The translations under genes were made by a program, and so were the position numbers. The notes under the pieces were generated by a model. The model was not told where the DNA came from. It saw nothing but the letters and a program-made list of their open reading frames with translations, and made no database searches. 64,000 nt of DNA, taken from positions 704,001 through 768,000 of the forward strand of contig CAXXWX010000026.1 of assembly GCA_963675745.2 (NCBI GenBank), read 5' to 3'. This document shows positions 40,489 through 50,045 of this stretch, one piece after another. The stretch's first letter is position 1. Every line of letters begins with the position of its first letter. This stretch comes from Phycisphaerae bacterium (GTDB lineage Bacteria; Planctomycetota; Phycisphaerae; UBA1845; Fen-1342).

Positions 40489-40552
40489 GTGCCACGGCTC
40501 TGTGAGCCGTGTGCGCCGCCGCGTGAACACACGGCTCACAGAGCCGTGGCAC
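40489..40552. repeat. REP doublet, perfect 25-bp inverted repeat between murE and murF
   Basis: GTGCCACGGCTCTGTGAGCCGTGTG ... CACACGGCTCACAGAGCCGTGGCAC. Confidence 0.85.
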
Positions 40553-40583
40553 GCAGCCCCGCGCGTTTTCCGGCGACTGCGCA

Positions 40584-42113
40584 CTAGCGGTCGGTGCCTT
40601 GAACACCGGCCAACTCGGCCGCCGCCGCCATCGCCACCTCGACATCGTCAAAGTGTATCCGCTCCTCGCCAATAATCTGGCAGCGCTCGTGACCTTTTCC
40701 TGCTATGAGCACCACATCTCCGTCGCGCGCGGCGGCCAGCGCGCACTTGATCGCGTCCGCGCGGTCCAGTTCGACGATCACGCGTCGGCGCGTGGACTCG
40801 TCGAGGCCACCGAGGGCATCGTCGGCGATCCGCCGAGGATCTTCGCCACGCGGATTATCGTTGGTCAGCACGATCGCGTCGGAAAACTCCGCCACGGCCC
40901 GCGCCATCTTCGGTCGCTTGTCGCGGTCACGGTCGCCGCCGCAGCCGAAAACCGTGATCAACCGGCCACGCGTCAACGGCTTGAGCACGCCGAGCACGTT
41001 TCGCAGGGCATCCTCGGTGTGCGCATAGTCCACAAGCACATCGACGCCGGCCATGCCGGCCACGCGCTGCAACCGCCCGCGGACATTCTGCACGGCGGCC
41101 AGCCCCGCGCCAATGAGCTCCGGTGACACGCCCACCGCGGTTGCCAGTCCGGCCGCCGCCAGTGCGTTGTAGACATTGTGCCGGCCGACAATCCTGTTCT
41201 CCAGCGTAAGCTCCTCGCCCGCGATGCGCAGCACGTACCGGGTGCCCGCGATCGTCTCGGCCACGATGCTACCGGTGACGTCAGCCGGCTGGGTCATTGC
41301 GTAGTACACGACTCGCGCGCGGCAGTTCTCGATCATCGCCTCGTGCGCGGGATCGTCGCGATTGACCACGGCAACCGCGTCTTCACCCAGCCCCGCGAAG
41401 AGCCGGGCCTTGGCCGCCCGGTAGTCTTCCATCGTTCCGTGATAGTCCAGGTGGTCCTGCGTGAGATTGGTGAAACCCGCCGCGCTGAACTCAAGCCCGG
41501 CCGTACGTTGCTGCGCCAGGGCGTGACTCGACACCTCCACCACCGCCGCATCCGCCCCGGCGTCGATGCAGGCGCGCAGATACTCGGCGAGTTCCAACGG
41601 CCCGGGCGTGGTCAGTCGCGACTCCACCGAGCGTGAACAGAGGTTGTAGTGCAGCGTACCCAGCAGACCGCAGCCCCATCCCGCCTCCAGGAGAATCTGG
41701 CGGGTCATTTCCGCGGTCGTGCTCTTACCGTTTGTGCCGGTGATCGCGATCAGCTTGAGCTTGCGCGCCGCGGCGCCGTCGAGCCCGTGCCAGCGCTGCG
41801 CCAGGCGCGCCAGGGCAACGCGCGCATCTTCAACCGGCACAACGATCACGTTCGGCACGCCAGAGATCCCCGTGCCAACCACGACCGCCGCCCCGTTGCG
41901 CAGTGCGTCGTCAATGAAGCGGCGACCATCGGCCGTAGCGCCCGGGACGGTGACAAACACACCCCCGTCCCGCACTCGTCGCGAGTCGTCATGTACGCCC
42001 GTGACTTGACGCGCCCCGTGCGCCGCCAGAGTTTTGGCGTCGGCGATTCCCGCAAATAGCTGTGCCAGTGTCCGCATGCCGACTTGCCGACTGCCACCCG
42101 CCAACACGCGCAT
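40584..42113 (-). CDS. murE: UDP-MurNAc-dipeptide--meso-DAP ligase
   Basis: TGTNGKST, LTTP, EVSSH, NLTQDHLDYH, DYAHT, GCGGDRD, DNPR (DAP-type), AGKGHE. Start 42113 (TGATG overlap) or 42077. Confidence 0.97.
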   Translation of the reverse strand: MRVLAGGSRQVGMRTLAQLFAGIADAKTLAAHGARQVTGVHDDSRRVRDGGVFVTVPGATADGRRFIDDALRNGAAVVVGTGISGVPNVIVVPVEDARVALARLAQRWHGLDGAAARKLKLIAITGTNGKSTTAEMTRQILLEAGWGCGLLGTLHYNLCSRSVESRLTTPGPLELAEYLRACIDAGADAAVVEVSSHALAQQRTAGLEFSAAGFTNLTQDHLDYHGTMEDYRAAKARLFAGLGEDAVAVVNRDDPAHEAMIENCRARVVYYAMTQPADVTGSIVAETIAGTRYVLRIAGEELTLENRIVGRHNVYNALAAAGLATAVGVSPELIGAGLAAVQNVRGRLQRVAGMAGVDVLVDYAHTEDALRNVLGVLKPLTRGRLITVFGCGGDRDRDKRPKMARAVAEFSDAIVLTNDNPRGEDPRRIADDALGGLDESTRRRVIVELDRADAIKCALAAARDGDVVLIAGKGHERCQIIGEERIHFDDVEVAMAAAAELAGVQGTDR

Positions 42114-43912
42114 CAGTTGTCCGCATTCTGCGGCGGCACGTGCAGGTAGGCGAGCGTGTCTGCCAGGATTGCCGCCGCCGCTGGTGCCGATACGGCTCCG
42201 CCGTAATACGATTTGCCCTTCGGACGACACACTGAAACCAGGACGGCCACTTGCGGATTGTCAGCCGGTGCCCCGCAGATGAACGACGCCATATACGCGT
42301 TGTCTTCGTAGCCCTCCCGCTCGCCTTCCAGGTTGTCGTCGCTGCTCGTGGTCGCGATTTGCGCCGTCGCCGTCTTGCCGAACACCTGGTAGTCCGGCAG
42401 GATCGCCTTGCGTCCGGTGCCTTCCGGGCTGACCACCGCCGTAAGCGCCGTCATGCGGAACTCGTCGGCCACTTCCGGGCGTAACACACGCCGCCGGACA
42501 ATCGGCTCGGAGTAGTCGGCGAGCACCTCCCCATCCGGCGATACGACTCCGCGCACGATCCGCGGTTGATACAGAATCCCACCGTTGCATATCGCACAAA
42601 AGGCGGTCAGCATCTGCAGCGGCGTGACGGCGATCTCCTGGCCGAACGACACCGACGGCGTCGAGAAGCTCGTCCACAGGGACAGATCCTGCACCAGTCC
42701 ATAGCTCTCTCCGGGCAACTGGATACCGGTCCGATCGCCGAAACCAAAACCCTTGATCCAACCGTGCAGCCGCTCGTTACCCGATCGCAGCCCGATCACG
42801 GTCATGCCGATGTTGCTGGACTTGCTGATGATCCGATGTGCCGGCACGGTCCCCAATGTCACTCCCACATCGTGGATCGTCCGCCGCCCGAAGGAGCGCA
42901 CCGGCCCGTTGACCGCGATCGGTTCATCAATGCTGATCAGCCCCTCGTTGAGCGCTGACGAGAAAATGATCGGCTTGAACATGCTACCGGGCTCGTACGA
43001 TTCCTGGATCGCGCGGTTCTCCAGACGCTCGCGAGCCGCCTTGTACTCGGGGGCCGTCTCGCTGATCCCGAGCGGAATGGGCTGCTGCGGCTCATAGGTC
43101 GGGTAGGTCGCCATCGCCAGCACTTCGCCGGCCTGCGGGTCCATGACCAGAGCCACGCCCCATTCACCCACGAATTCCTCAACCGCCGCGCGCAGATGCT
43201 GTTCAGCGCGTTGCTGAATGTGAACGTCGATCGTCAGAAAGACGCTCGCACCATCGCGCGGCGGCTCATATTCATCCAGCCTTGATCGCAGCGAGCGGCG
43301 GCGCACGTCGACGGTCATCGTCCGCTTGCCATCCGTGCCGCGCAGGACACTGTCAAAACGCTGCTCAATGCCCGCCAATCCCAGGCGTGGCGGGAGGTTC
43401 GGATCCTCCGTGCCGCCGACGAAACCAACGACATGCGCGGCGGTCGATCCATACGGATAATCGCGCCGCGGTTCATAACGCACCACAAACGCGCCCAGCC
43501 GGCGCTCTCCGCGAATCTCCTGAAACGCGGCGAGTTCGTCCTCGGGCACGTCGCGCTTCACCCAGACAAACCCGTGACTCCGGCGCGCCAGAATCGTGTC
43601 GTATAGCTCCGACGCCTCCACGCCGTCGAATATCGGCGCGATGCTGTATGCGGCAAAGCGCGCGTCATCGACATCGGAAGGGTCCATGTAGACGCATGGA
43701 AAACGCGTCGAGCCGGCCAGCACGCGCCCGCGCGTATCCAGTATTTCACCGCGTTGCGCCGGAATCGGCAGCATGGCCGTCTGTTGCCGCGCCGCCTTGG
43801 AGCGCAGCTCATCCCCCTGCGCGTATTCGATGTATGCCAGCCGCCCCGCCCCGCTGAATAGCAGGATGCTGACCAGCCCGACAAGCACGTCGCCACGCCG
43901 TACAAACTTCAT
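42113..43912 (-). CDS. ftsI: Class B penicillin-binding protein FtsI/PBP3
   Basis: RGEILD.RG, G.AGIE, LTID..IQ, EPGSMFK (SxxK), SSN (SxN), GKTATAQ. Confidence 0.93.
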   Translation of the reverse strand: MKFVRRGDVLVGLVSILLFSGAGRLAYIEYAQGDELRSKAARQQTAMLPIPAQRGEILDTRGRVLAGSTRFPCVYMDPSDVDDARFAAYSIAPIFDGVEASELYDTILARRSHGFVWVKRDVPEDELAAFQEIRGERRLGAFVVRYEPRRDYPYGSTAAHVVGFVGGTEDPNLPPRLGLAGIEQRFDSVLRGTDGKRTMTVDVRRRSLRSRLDEYEPPRDGASVFLTIDVHIQQRAEQHLRAAVEEFVGEWGVALVMDPQAGEVLAMATYPTYEPQQPIPLGISETAPEYKAARERLENRAIQESYEPGSMFKPIIFSSALNEGLISIDEPIAVNGPVRSFGRRTIHDVGVTLGTVPAHRIISKSSNIGMTVIGLRSGNERLHGWIKGFGFGDRTGIQLPGESYGLVQDLSLWTSFSTPSVSFGQEIAVTPLQMLTAFCAICNGGILYQPRIVRGVVSPDGEVLADYSEPIVRRRVLRPEVADEFRMTALTAVVSPEGTGRKAILPDYQVFGKTATAQIATTSSDDNLEGEREGYEDNAYMASFICGAPADNPQVAVLVSVCRPKGKSYYGGAVSAPAAAAILADTLAYLHVPPQNADN

Positions 43913-43934
43913 GATGGCCCGGAAGCAGCGCATG

Positions 43935-44201
43935 TCAGGGGCCCACCGCATCATTGGAGTCGGCCGCGGATTCCGGCCCGGCCAACCGCAGATCGGCGGC
44001 GCGCCCCCGGATCAGCGCCGGATCGCGCAGCCGGGCCAACTCGAGCTCGCGCTCGCGCAGTTGCTGGCGCAGAACGCGTGCGTCGAACTCCAGTTGCGCG
44101 AACCGGTTGTGCAGCCGCGTGGTCTCCGCCCGTACGATCACAACTGTCAACATCACCGCGAGCGCCACCGCAAGCAAAACTATGGTCCGTGTCAGCGTCA
44201 T
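43935..44201 (-). CDS. ftsL: FtsL-like cell division protein
   Basis: 88 aa, one TM, heptad coiled coil, L.DP..I...A tail; immediately upstream of ftsI. Confidence 0.7.
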   Translation of the reverse strand: MTLTRTIVLLAVALAVMLTVVIVRAETTRLHNRFAQLEFDARVLRQQLRERELELARLRDPALIRGRAADLRLAGPESAADSNDAVGP

Positions 44202-44236
44202 ACTAATCCCAGGCGGGCTTTGCGAGTCGGTTGACT

Positions 44237-45190
44237 CTACCCGGTCACCACGGCGACCAGGGGCGGCAGTTTTATCCTCATCCCGGGCATAAGCCGATTG
44301 GCGTCGCGCAGCTTGTTCAGGCGCTTGATCTCCGGCCAGCGACGCTCGTTGTTCAGGACGCGGCGCGCGATGCTGCTCAGCGAATCAGACTTCTGGATGG
44401 TATACCAGAACGTACCATCTGTCTCGGATGCTTCCACCGCTGCGATGTTCACAGCATGCGCGCCGCTGCCACCTCGACCATCGTTCGACGCCGACCGCGC
44501 CAGCGTGAGCGCCGATTCCAGATCGGGGTGTGCGGGGATAATCAGCTTCTCATCTACCAGTAAACGATGGCGACGACCCTTCAGCTTGGGGTTGGCCGCC
44601 ACCAATACATCCAACGCCTGTGGACTGCTGGTTCCCCAGAACCGCCGCGCCAGCCGCGCCAGCGAGTCGCCGCGACGTACGACGTGTATCGCCGCGGCGG
44701 GAACGGGCGGCTCATCCACCACCGGAGGCTCCTCCACTACTGCGACCACAGTGTCCTGAGTGCCCTCGTCCTCGGCCCAGCCTGCCGGATCGCCGGCGGC
44801 GTCGATCTCGTCTACGTACTCACTCTCCTCCCAGGACGAGTCCGCGTACGCCACCGGCCGGACTACCAGAGGCGGCAGCGTTGACGCAACCGTGTCCTGA
44901 TGACGCACGTTCGCCGGTGCGATGGCCAGCATTGGCTGCGCGCCGCGTTGGGCGGTTTGCGCCCGTTCCACGATGCTGGGCACACTGAACATCGCACGCG
45001 CCTGGCCCGCATCGGTCCGCGCCACGGGCGCGGACAACTCACCACCCAACCAGGCCTCGTCCGACATGCGCGCGACGAGCGGGGACGGCTCGGCCTCGAG
45101 TGGCTGTGGTGCCCAGTCCAGCAGATACGCCATACCGACAGTGAACGCTACGCAAGCCCCCAGCGCGGTACGCACACCTCCGATTGCCAT
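44237..45190 (-). CDS. Membrane-anchored double-LysM peptidoglycan-binding protein
   Basis: N-terminal TM, acidic/Pro linker, HVVRRGDSLARLARRF and YTIQKSDSLSSIARR..N.L..GMRIKLP. Confidence 0.9.
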   Translation of the reverse strand: MAIGGVRTALGACVAFTVGMAYLLDWAPQPLEAEPSPLVARMSDEAWLGGELSAPVARTDAGQARAMFSVPSIVERAQTAQRGAQPMLAIAPANVRHQDTVASTLPPLVVRPVAYADSSWEESEYVDEIDAAGDPAGWAEDEGTQDTVVAVVEEPPVVDEPPVPAAAIHVVRRGDSLARLARRFWGTSSPQALDVLVAANPKLKGRRHRLLVDEKLIIPAHPDLESALTLARSASNDGRGGSGAHAVNIAAVEASETDGTFWYTIQKSDSLSSIARRVLNNERRWPEIKRLNKLRDANRLMPGMRIKLPPLVAVVTG

Positions 45191-45205
45191 CGCCGCCTCC
45201 TTGCG

Positions 45206-46111
45206 TCAACGCACTTCCGCCAGACGTTCCGCTACGCGCAGCTTGGCGCTGCGACTGCGCCGATTTCGCGCGCGTTCCTGCACATCGGCGATCACGGGCC
45301 GCTTGGTGAGCTCCCTGAATGTGCCCGCCGACTTCGCCTCGCGCAGAAAGCGCTTGATGAATCCGTCTTCAATGCTGTGATAGGCCAGCACGCCCAGGCG
45401 TCCACCCGGGCGCATATGCGCCGTAATCTCCGATAGGAAACGCTCCAGGTTGTCAAACTCGCGGTTTACGGCGACGCGGAGCGCCTGAAACGTGCGTGTG
45501 CCCGGGTGATGCTTACCCCCGCCGCCCACAACCGACTCGATCGCGCTGGCCAATACGCGCGTGGTCGTGATGCGCGCGGCACGGCGGACTTCGCAGATGC
45601 GCTTTGCGATCTTGCGACTCATGCCTTCTTGACCGAACTCGTAAAACATGTCCGCCAGCTCTGTTTCACTCAGGCCGTTGACCAGATCGAGCGCCCTGGT
45701 TTTCTGCCTCCGATCGAAGCGCATATCCAGGGGCCCGTCGCGTTCAAAGGAGAATCCGCGTTCCCTGTCCGCCAACTGGGCGGAATTGACGCCCAAATCC
45801 AGCAACGCCAGGTCGATTTGCTGGATGCCCTCGGCTTCGAGAACCGCCGGGAAGTCGGCGTAGTTGGCCGCGACCAGACGCACGGTCGCCCCGCCCGTGT
45901 GTGCCAACCGATGGCGGGTTGTCGCAAGCATCTCTTCATCGATGTCCACGCCGATGTAGACGCCGTCCGGCTCGATGCCGGGCAGGATAGCGCGCGCGTG
46001 CCCACCCAGGCCGACGGTGCCGTCAAGGACGACTTGGCCGGGTTGCGGCGCGAGCAGGCGCACGGTCTCCGCCACGAGTACGGGTTCGTGTTCCGGAGTC
46101 TGCTCGGCCAC
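45206..46111 (-). CDS. rsmH: 16S rRNA m4C1402 methyltransferase
   Basis: HEPVL, DGTVGLGGH, DLGVNS.QL, RGFSF..DGPLDMR, FQALRVAVN, HSIED, RSRSAKLR. Confidence 0.97.
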   Translation of the reverse strand: MAEQTPEHEPVLVAETVRLLAPQPGQVVLDGTVGLGGHARAILPGIEPDGVYIGVDIDEEMLATTRHRLAHTGGATVRLVAANYADFPAVLEAEGIQQIDLALLDLGVNSAQLADRERGFSFERDGPLDMRFDRRQKTRALDLVNGLSETELADMFYEFGQEGMSRKIAKRICEVRRAARITTTRVLASAIESVVGGGGKHHPGTRTFQALRVAVNREFDNLERFLSEITAHMRPGGRLGVLAYHSIEDGFIKRFLREAKSAGTFRELTKRPVIADVQERARNRRSRSAKLRVAERLAEVR

Positions 46112-46462
46112 GACGGATTCGGTTCGTGACGGGCGGGCAAACAGCGCGCCGCCCTCGGATTAGTGGTGGACGTGCCAGCCCAGTGCTGGTACAAATACCG
46201 TCACCCCACCGGCCCCACCGATGGGGAGGGTGGCCGCCGCCCGCCATCCTTGGCTGCGGTACGGCCGAGAGCAAAGCGGATGTCCTTACCCGCTATCAGG
46301 AGCGCGGTAAAAAACCTAGCTCAGGAACTCCGAGCCCCTCGGGGCAGAGGCTCGACCGACGCTCCAGACGTTTCGTGGCGGCTACAGCGGGCCCGCTCGA
46401 AAGCCCGCTGTAGCCTGCACCCCTGTTCACACAACCCACCAATATCGTCCGTCGTCCACGCT

Positions 46463-46993
46463 CTATGACTGCTCTGGGGCCACCGCGCTACCAACACCCG
46501 CATCCGCGGGCCGGCCGCCTGAGGCCACTGCCCCAATCGCGCGCAGCTCGTTAATCGCCTCGTCACGGTGGCTCGTATATTCCTGCCAGAACCGGTCCTC
46601 GAATTCCTCGTACTGCTTTCGGTCCCACACTTCGAGATGGTCGTGTACACCGACCAGCATCACCTCGCGCCCCAGCCCGGCGCGTTCGAGCAGCTTGGCC
46701 GGTATGGTCAAACGGCCCTGTTGTTCGTCGGGCGTGAGGTGCATACACTGCGAGTACTCGAACTGGGTCCAGGTGTATGTCGCGTCCGATGTGCGGTCGG
46801 TGGCAAAACTGCACGGCCGGGCTTTCTCGAAGTACTCGTCGGGGAAGAGCATCAGCGTGCCCGGTCGCCGGCCGGGCGTTACATAGAACGCCCCGCTCCC
46901 GCCGGAGTTCTTCATGCGCTCGCGTACTGGATATGGCACCGGGACCCGCGACCGGGAATCGACCATCAGCGGAAAGGACCCGACAAAGAACAT
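46463..46993 (-). CDS. mraZ: Division/cell wall cluster repressor MraZ
   Basis: MFFVGSF...VDSRSRV.VP, QQGRLTIP, LVGV.DHLEVWD. Confidence 0.9.
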   Translation of the reverse strand: MFFVGSFPLMVDSRSRVPVPYPVRERMKNSGGSGAFYVTPGRRPGTLMLFPDEYFEKARPCSFATDRTSDATYTWTQFEYSQCMHLTPDEQQGRLTIPAKLLERAGLGREVMLVGVHDHLEVWDRKQYEEFEDRFWQEYTSHRDEAINELRAIGAVASGGRPADAGVGSAVAPEQS

Positions 46994-47076
46994 CGCCAGA
47001 CACGCTCGTCCCCCCTCATCCCCCAGGGGGCCCACTTGAAGTCTGATTTGCCCACAACCACATCACACCGACGTGC

Positions 47077-47104
47077 AGTATACCCCCATCGCCCCCATTT
47101 GCAA
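47077..47104 (-). promoter_or_regulatory. Putative dcw promoter (TTGCAA-16-TATACT) with two TGGGG MraZ-type boxes in the spacer
   Basis: Minus strand reads ttgcaa atgggggcgatggggg tatact; the TGGGG units repeat at a 10-bp period. Confidence 0.6.
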
Positions 47105-47235
47105 ATCAAAATAGGCGCAGATGCTAAAAATCCGGCCGCTTTTCTGGCTGCCGCCCCCATCGAGCTCATTCTGGCGCTGATGTAGCGCTACCACATCTGG
47201 GGCATCGGTCGCCGGTCGCCCGTCGAACGCGACTA

Positions 47236-47766
47236 TCAGTTGTGGTGGTGCTCCGAGCCGTGCTCGTCCCAGGTGCTGCGGACAAGTTGCAGGCCGTGGA
47301 CACAACTTTCGAATTGTTCACTCAGCTTGCGCAGTAATGCCGCTGGCGGTTCTTCGTCAGGCTGGCTGAGCTCGCTGGCTATTTCGTATGAACGTTTGCC
47401 CTCGAGCATGTACCGATCGAGCAGGTCGGCGCCCTGCTGCCGCGGACGAAGCTGCTCCGGGAATACGCCGGCCCAGAACAACGTGAAGTCCCCGATGTAG
47501 CGGTTGACCGAGCGCCGCCGTGCATGTTCGTCAATATCCGGCCCGAGGCACGCCGCGCTGCGCATGCGCGAGAGTTCGCGGATTGCCGCTCCATCCACAC
47601 GCCGCAGGCGATACACATCATCGACATGGATGAACTCGGTAAGCAATTGGCTCAGGTAATCCGTCAGGCGCATGTCACAGATCCCCACATCGGTCAGGAA
47701 CACCTGCTCCACGGCGCCGCGAAAGAGCAATCGCAACGGATGTCTGGGACCAAGCTCACAACGCAT
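47236..47766 (-). CDS. Hypothetical protein
   Basis: Globular-looking 176-aa ORF (YIGDFTLFWAGVFPE, GKRSYEIAS) with GAGG upstream. Confidence 0.7.
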   Translation of the reverse strand: MRCELGPRHPLRLLFRGAVEQVFLTDVGICDMRLTDYLSQLLTEFIHVDDVYRLRRVDGAAIRELSRMRSAACLGPDIDEHARRRSVNRYIGDFTLFWAGVFPEQLRPRQQGADLLDRYMLEGKRSYEIASELSQPDEEPPAALLRKLSEQFESCVHGLQLVRSTWDEHGSEHHHN

Positions 47767-47972
47767 GGCAAGACCTCGCTCTGAACACGCGCTGCCCGGC
47801 TGACGACGGCTCTCCTGATCTTAGAGGCGACCAATGGCTCGTGGTCACAGCGCGGCACGTGCGCCACCACCGGATTTAGACGCGGTGGATCGCTTGTCTT
47901 AGCGTCGGCAGGGCGAAGCGTGGGGTTTGCCAATACGCGCCGGCTGTCGGCGTGCCTGATAATCCGGCGGGT

Positions 47973-49046
47973 TCAGTTGCGCGAGCGGCGCCGCGGCGTC
48001 TGCGGCATCCCCTCCGGGCGTCCGAAAATCATGCGTCCGGCGGATGTCTGCAAGACACTCGTCACCGTGATTGTCACTTCTTCATTGAGATGGTCGCGCG
48101 AGTTTTCGGCGACCACCATCGTGCCGTCTTCCAGATAACCGACACCCTGCCCACTCTCTTCGCCGGGCTTCACGATCCGCACCATCATCGTTTCGCCGGG
48201 CAGGACCACCGGTTTGAGCGCGTTTGCCAGGTCGTTGATGTTGATCACGTCAACGCCGCGGAGCTGCGCGATCTTGTTCAGGTTGTAGTCGTTGGTAACG
48301 ACGCGGCCGTCGGTCTTCTTGGCCAGGGCAAGCAGCTTCTGGTCCACGTCACTGGCCTCTTCGATGCTCGGCAAGCGCGTATCCGAGATCTTGATCTCGA
48401 CCTTGTCGTTGGTCTGGAGCTTGTTGAGCATGTCCAGGCCGCGACGCCCGCGCGTGCGTTTGAGCTTGTCCGAACTATCAGCGATCGTTTGCAGTTCCTG
48501 GAGCACAAAGCGCGGAATCACGAGGGGCGAGTCGATGATCTTCGTGTCACAGATGTCAGCGATCCGTCCATCGATGATCACGGACGTATCGAGGATCAAC
48601 GGCCGGGCCCCGCGCGTCTGCCGCGCAAACTCCACATAGGGAATGACAAAGCGCACGTCGTCTTTCGTCTGCAACACGAAGCTGATCGCGAGATAGCAGC
48701 ACACAATCCCAATCATCACCTTGACGGCTCCGATGAGACGCGGGACTTCCTCGGCGTAGGGGCTGTTGGCGTCGAGACTTGACAGGTCGATGCGGAAGAA
48801 TACCTCGAGCACCAGGTCCAGGATCAGGCCAAAGCCGAAGGCGAAAACCATCCCGGCCACCAGTCCCAGGAACGCCCCGGAGAGCGCTGCCAGCGATTTG
48901 CGCGTGGTGAAGAGGTCCACGGCGACCATCAGGCAGGCCGCGCCGATGGCCGACGTCATCAGCAATGGTGTGCGTTGCCCCGGCGCTGACATCGCCACTG
49001 CCGCCATCAGCAACACAAACAACCCCCGCAGCACCCAAAGCAGCAT
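47973..49046 (-). CDS. Membrane-anchored PIN/TRAM domain protein (YacL-like)
   Basis: Four TMs, [47 protein letters not shown]. Confidence 0.95.
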   Translation of the reverse strand: MLLWVLRGLFVLLMAAVAMSAPGQRTPLLMTSAIGAACLMVAVDLFTTRKSLAALSGAFLGLVAGMVFAFGFGLILDLVLEVFFRIDLSSLDANSPYAEEVPRLIGAVKVMIGIVCCYLAISFVLQTKDDVRFVIPYVEFARQTRGARPLILDTSVIIDGRIADICDTKIIDSPLVIPRFVLQELQTIADSSDKLKRTRGRRGLDMLNKLQTNDKVEIKISDTRLPSIEEASDVDQKLLALAKKTDGRVVTNDYNLNKIAQLRGVDVININDLANALKPVVLPGETMMVRIVKPGEESGQGVGYLEDGTMVVAENSRDHLNEEVTITVTSVLQTSAGRMIFGRPEGMPQTPRRRSRN

Positions 49047-49369
49047 GATTTACTCCTCACCCGCCGGCAGACTACGCGCCACAGCGCGGCGGCGGGTTGA
49101 CTCCTGTATGTGAGCGTTCGGTCGCATCTTCGCGGAAGACGTTCTCACGGTCTAAGCTCCGAGCGTTTGAAACGTCCACCGGTCAAATGCGTCATGAAAC
49201 ACTCCCCGTTATAATCCGTCGCCCATGGGTATGATCGCATGGCCCCCGAGACCACAAGGGGGCGGGTCGGGATCAAGGCCCGCGGGCATTCTACCGGGCC
49301 GCGAGCGCTGCACAAGGCGGCGAGCACCAGGGAGCCCTTGTCACCGCCACGTAGGAGCGCAAAGACCAC

Positions 49370-50041
49370 GTGTCCACCAGCAGATCAGCGAGGTCCGAGG
49401 AGAAGGCGGCTCAGCGCCGTCGCGTCGCGCGGCGAGCCGTGCGTGCGCTCAGCCGCAGTGACGTCCGCCTGGCCAAGCTGATCAAGCGGGTCGGCCCGTA
49501 CCAGCCGAAACTGACGACCAATGCGTTCGTCGCGCTGATCGGCTCAATCATCCACCAGCAGGTGTCGCTCGCGGCCGGCGCTACGATCTTAGCGCGTCTG
49601 AGAGACCGTTGCGCGGGGCGCCGACTTTCGCCGAAATCCGTGCTCGCGCTTGATACGGACGCCCTGTGCGCGGTCGGGCTCTCACGCCAGAAGCGACGTT
49701 ACGTTCGCGATGTGGCCGAGCACTTCGCCGATGGGCGACTCAGCGGCGCCAAACTGCGTCGCATGTCCGATGAAGACGTGATCACCGCCGCAACACAGGT
49801 TGTGGGCGTCGGGCGCTGGACGGCCGAGATGCTGCTGATCTTCTGCCTCGAGCGCCCCGACGTCTGGCCAGTGGATGATCTCGGCCTGCGCAGCGCGGTG
49901 CGCAACCACCTGGATCTTCACGAGCCACCAGATCGAGGCACGATGCTGCGGACCGGCGAGCACTGGCGACCATACCGCACGTATGCCACATGGTATCTAT
50001 GGCGCAGCCTGGAAAATCCGATAGCACCGGCGATAAGTTGA
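49370..50041 (+). CDS. alkA: DNA-3-methyladenine glycosylase II (HhH-GPD)
   Basis: IIHQQVS, GLSRQK, GVGRWTAEM, DVWPVDDLG, WRPYR. Confidence 0.92.
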   Translation: MSTSRSARSEEKAAQRRRVARRAVRALSRSDVRLAKLIKRVGPYQPKLTTNAFVALIGSIIHQQVSLAAGATILARLRDRCAGRRLSPKSVLALDTDALCAVGLSRQKRRYVRDVAEHFADGRLSGAKLRRMSDEDVITAATQVVGVGRWTAEMLLIFCLERPDVWPVDDLGLRSAVRNHLDLHEPPDRGTMLRTGEHWRPYRTYATWYLWRSLENPIAPAIS

Positions 50042-50045
50042 AACA

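Noticed and set aside
47973..49046. Toxin-antitoxin or defence role for the PIN protein
   Set aside because: It has the standard membrane-anchored YacL PIN/TRAM layout and no adjacent antitoxin-like gene.
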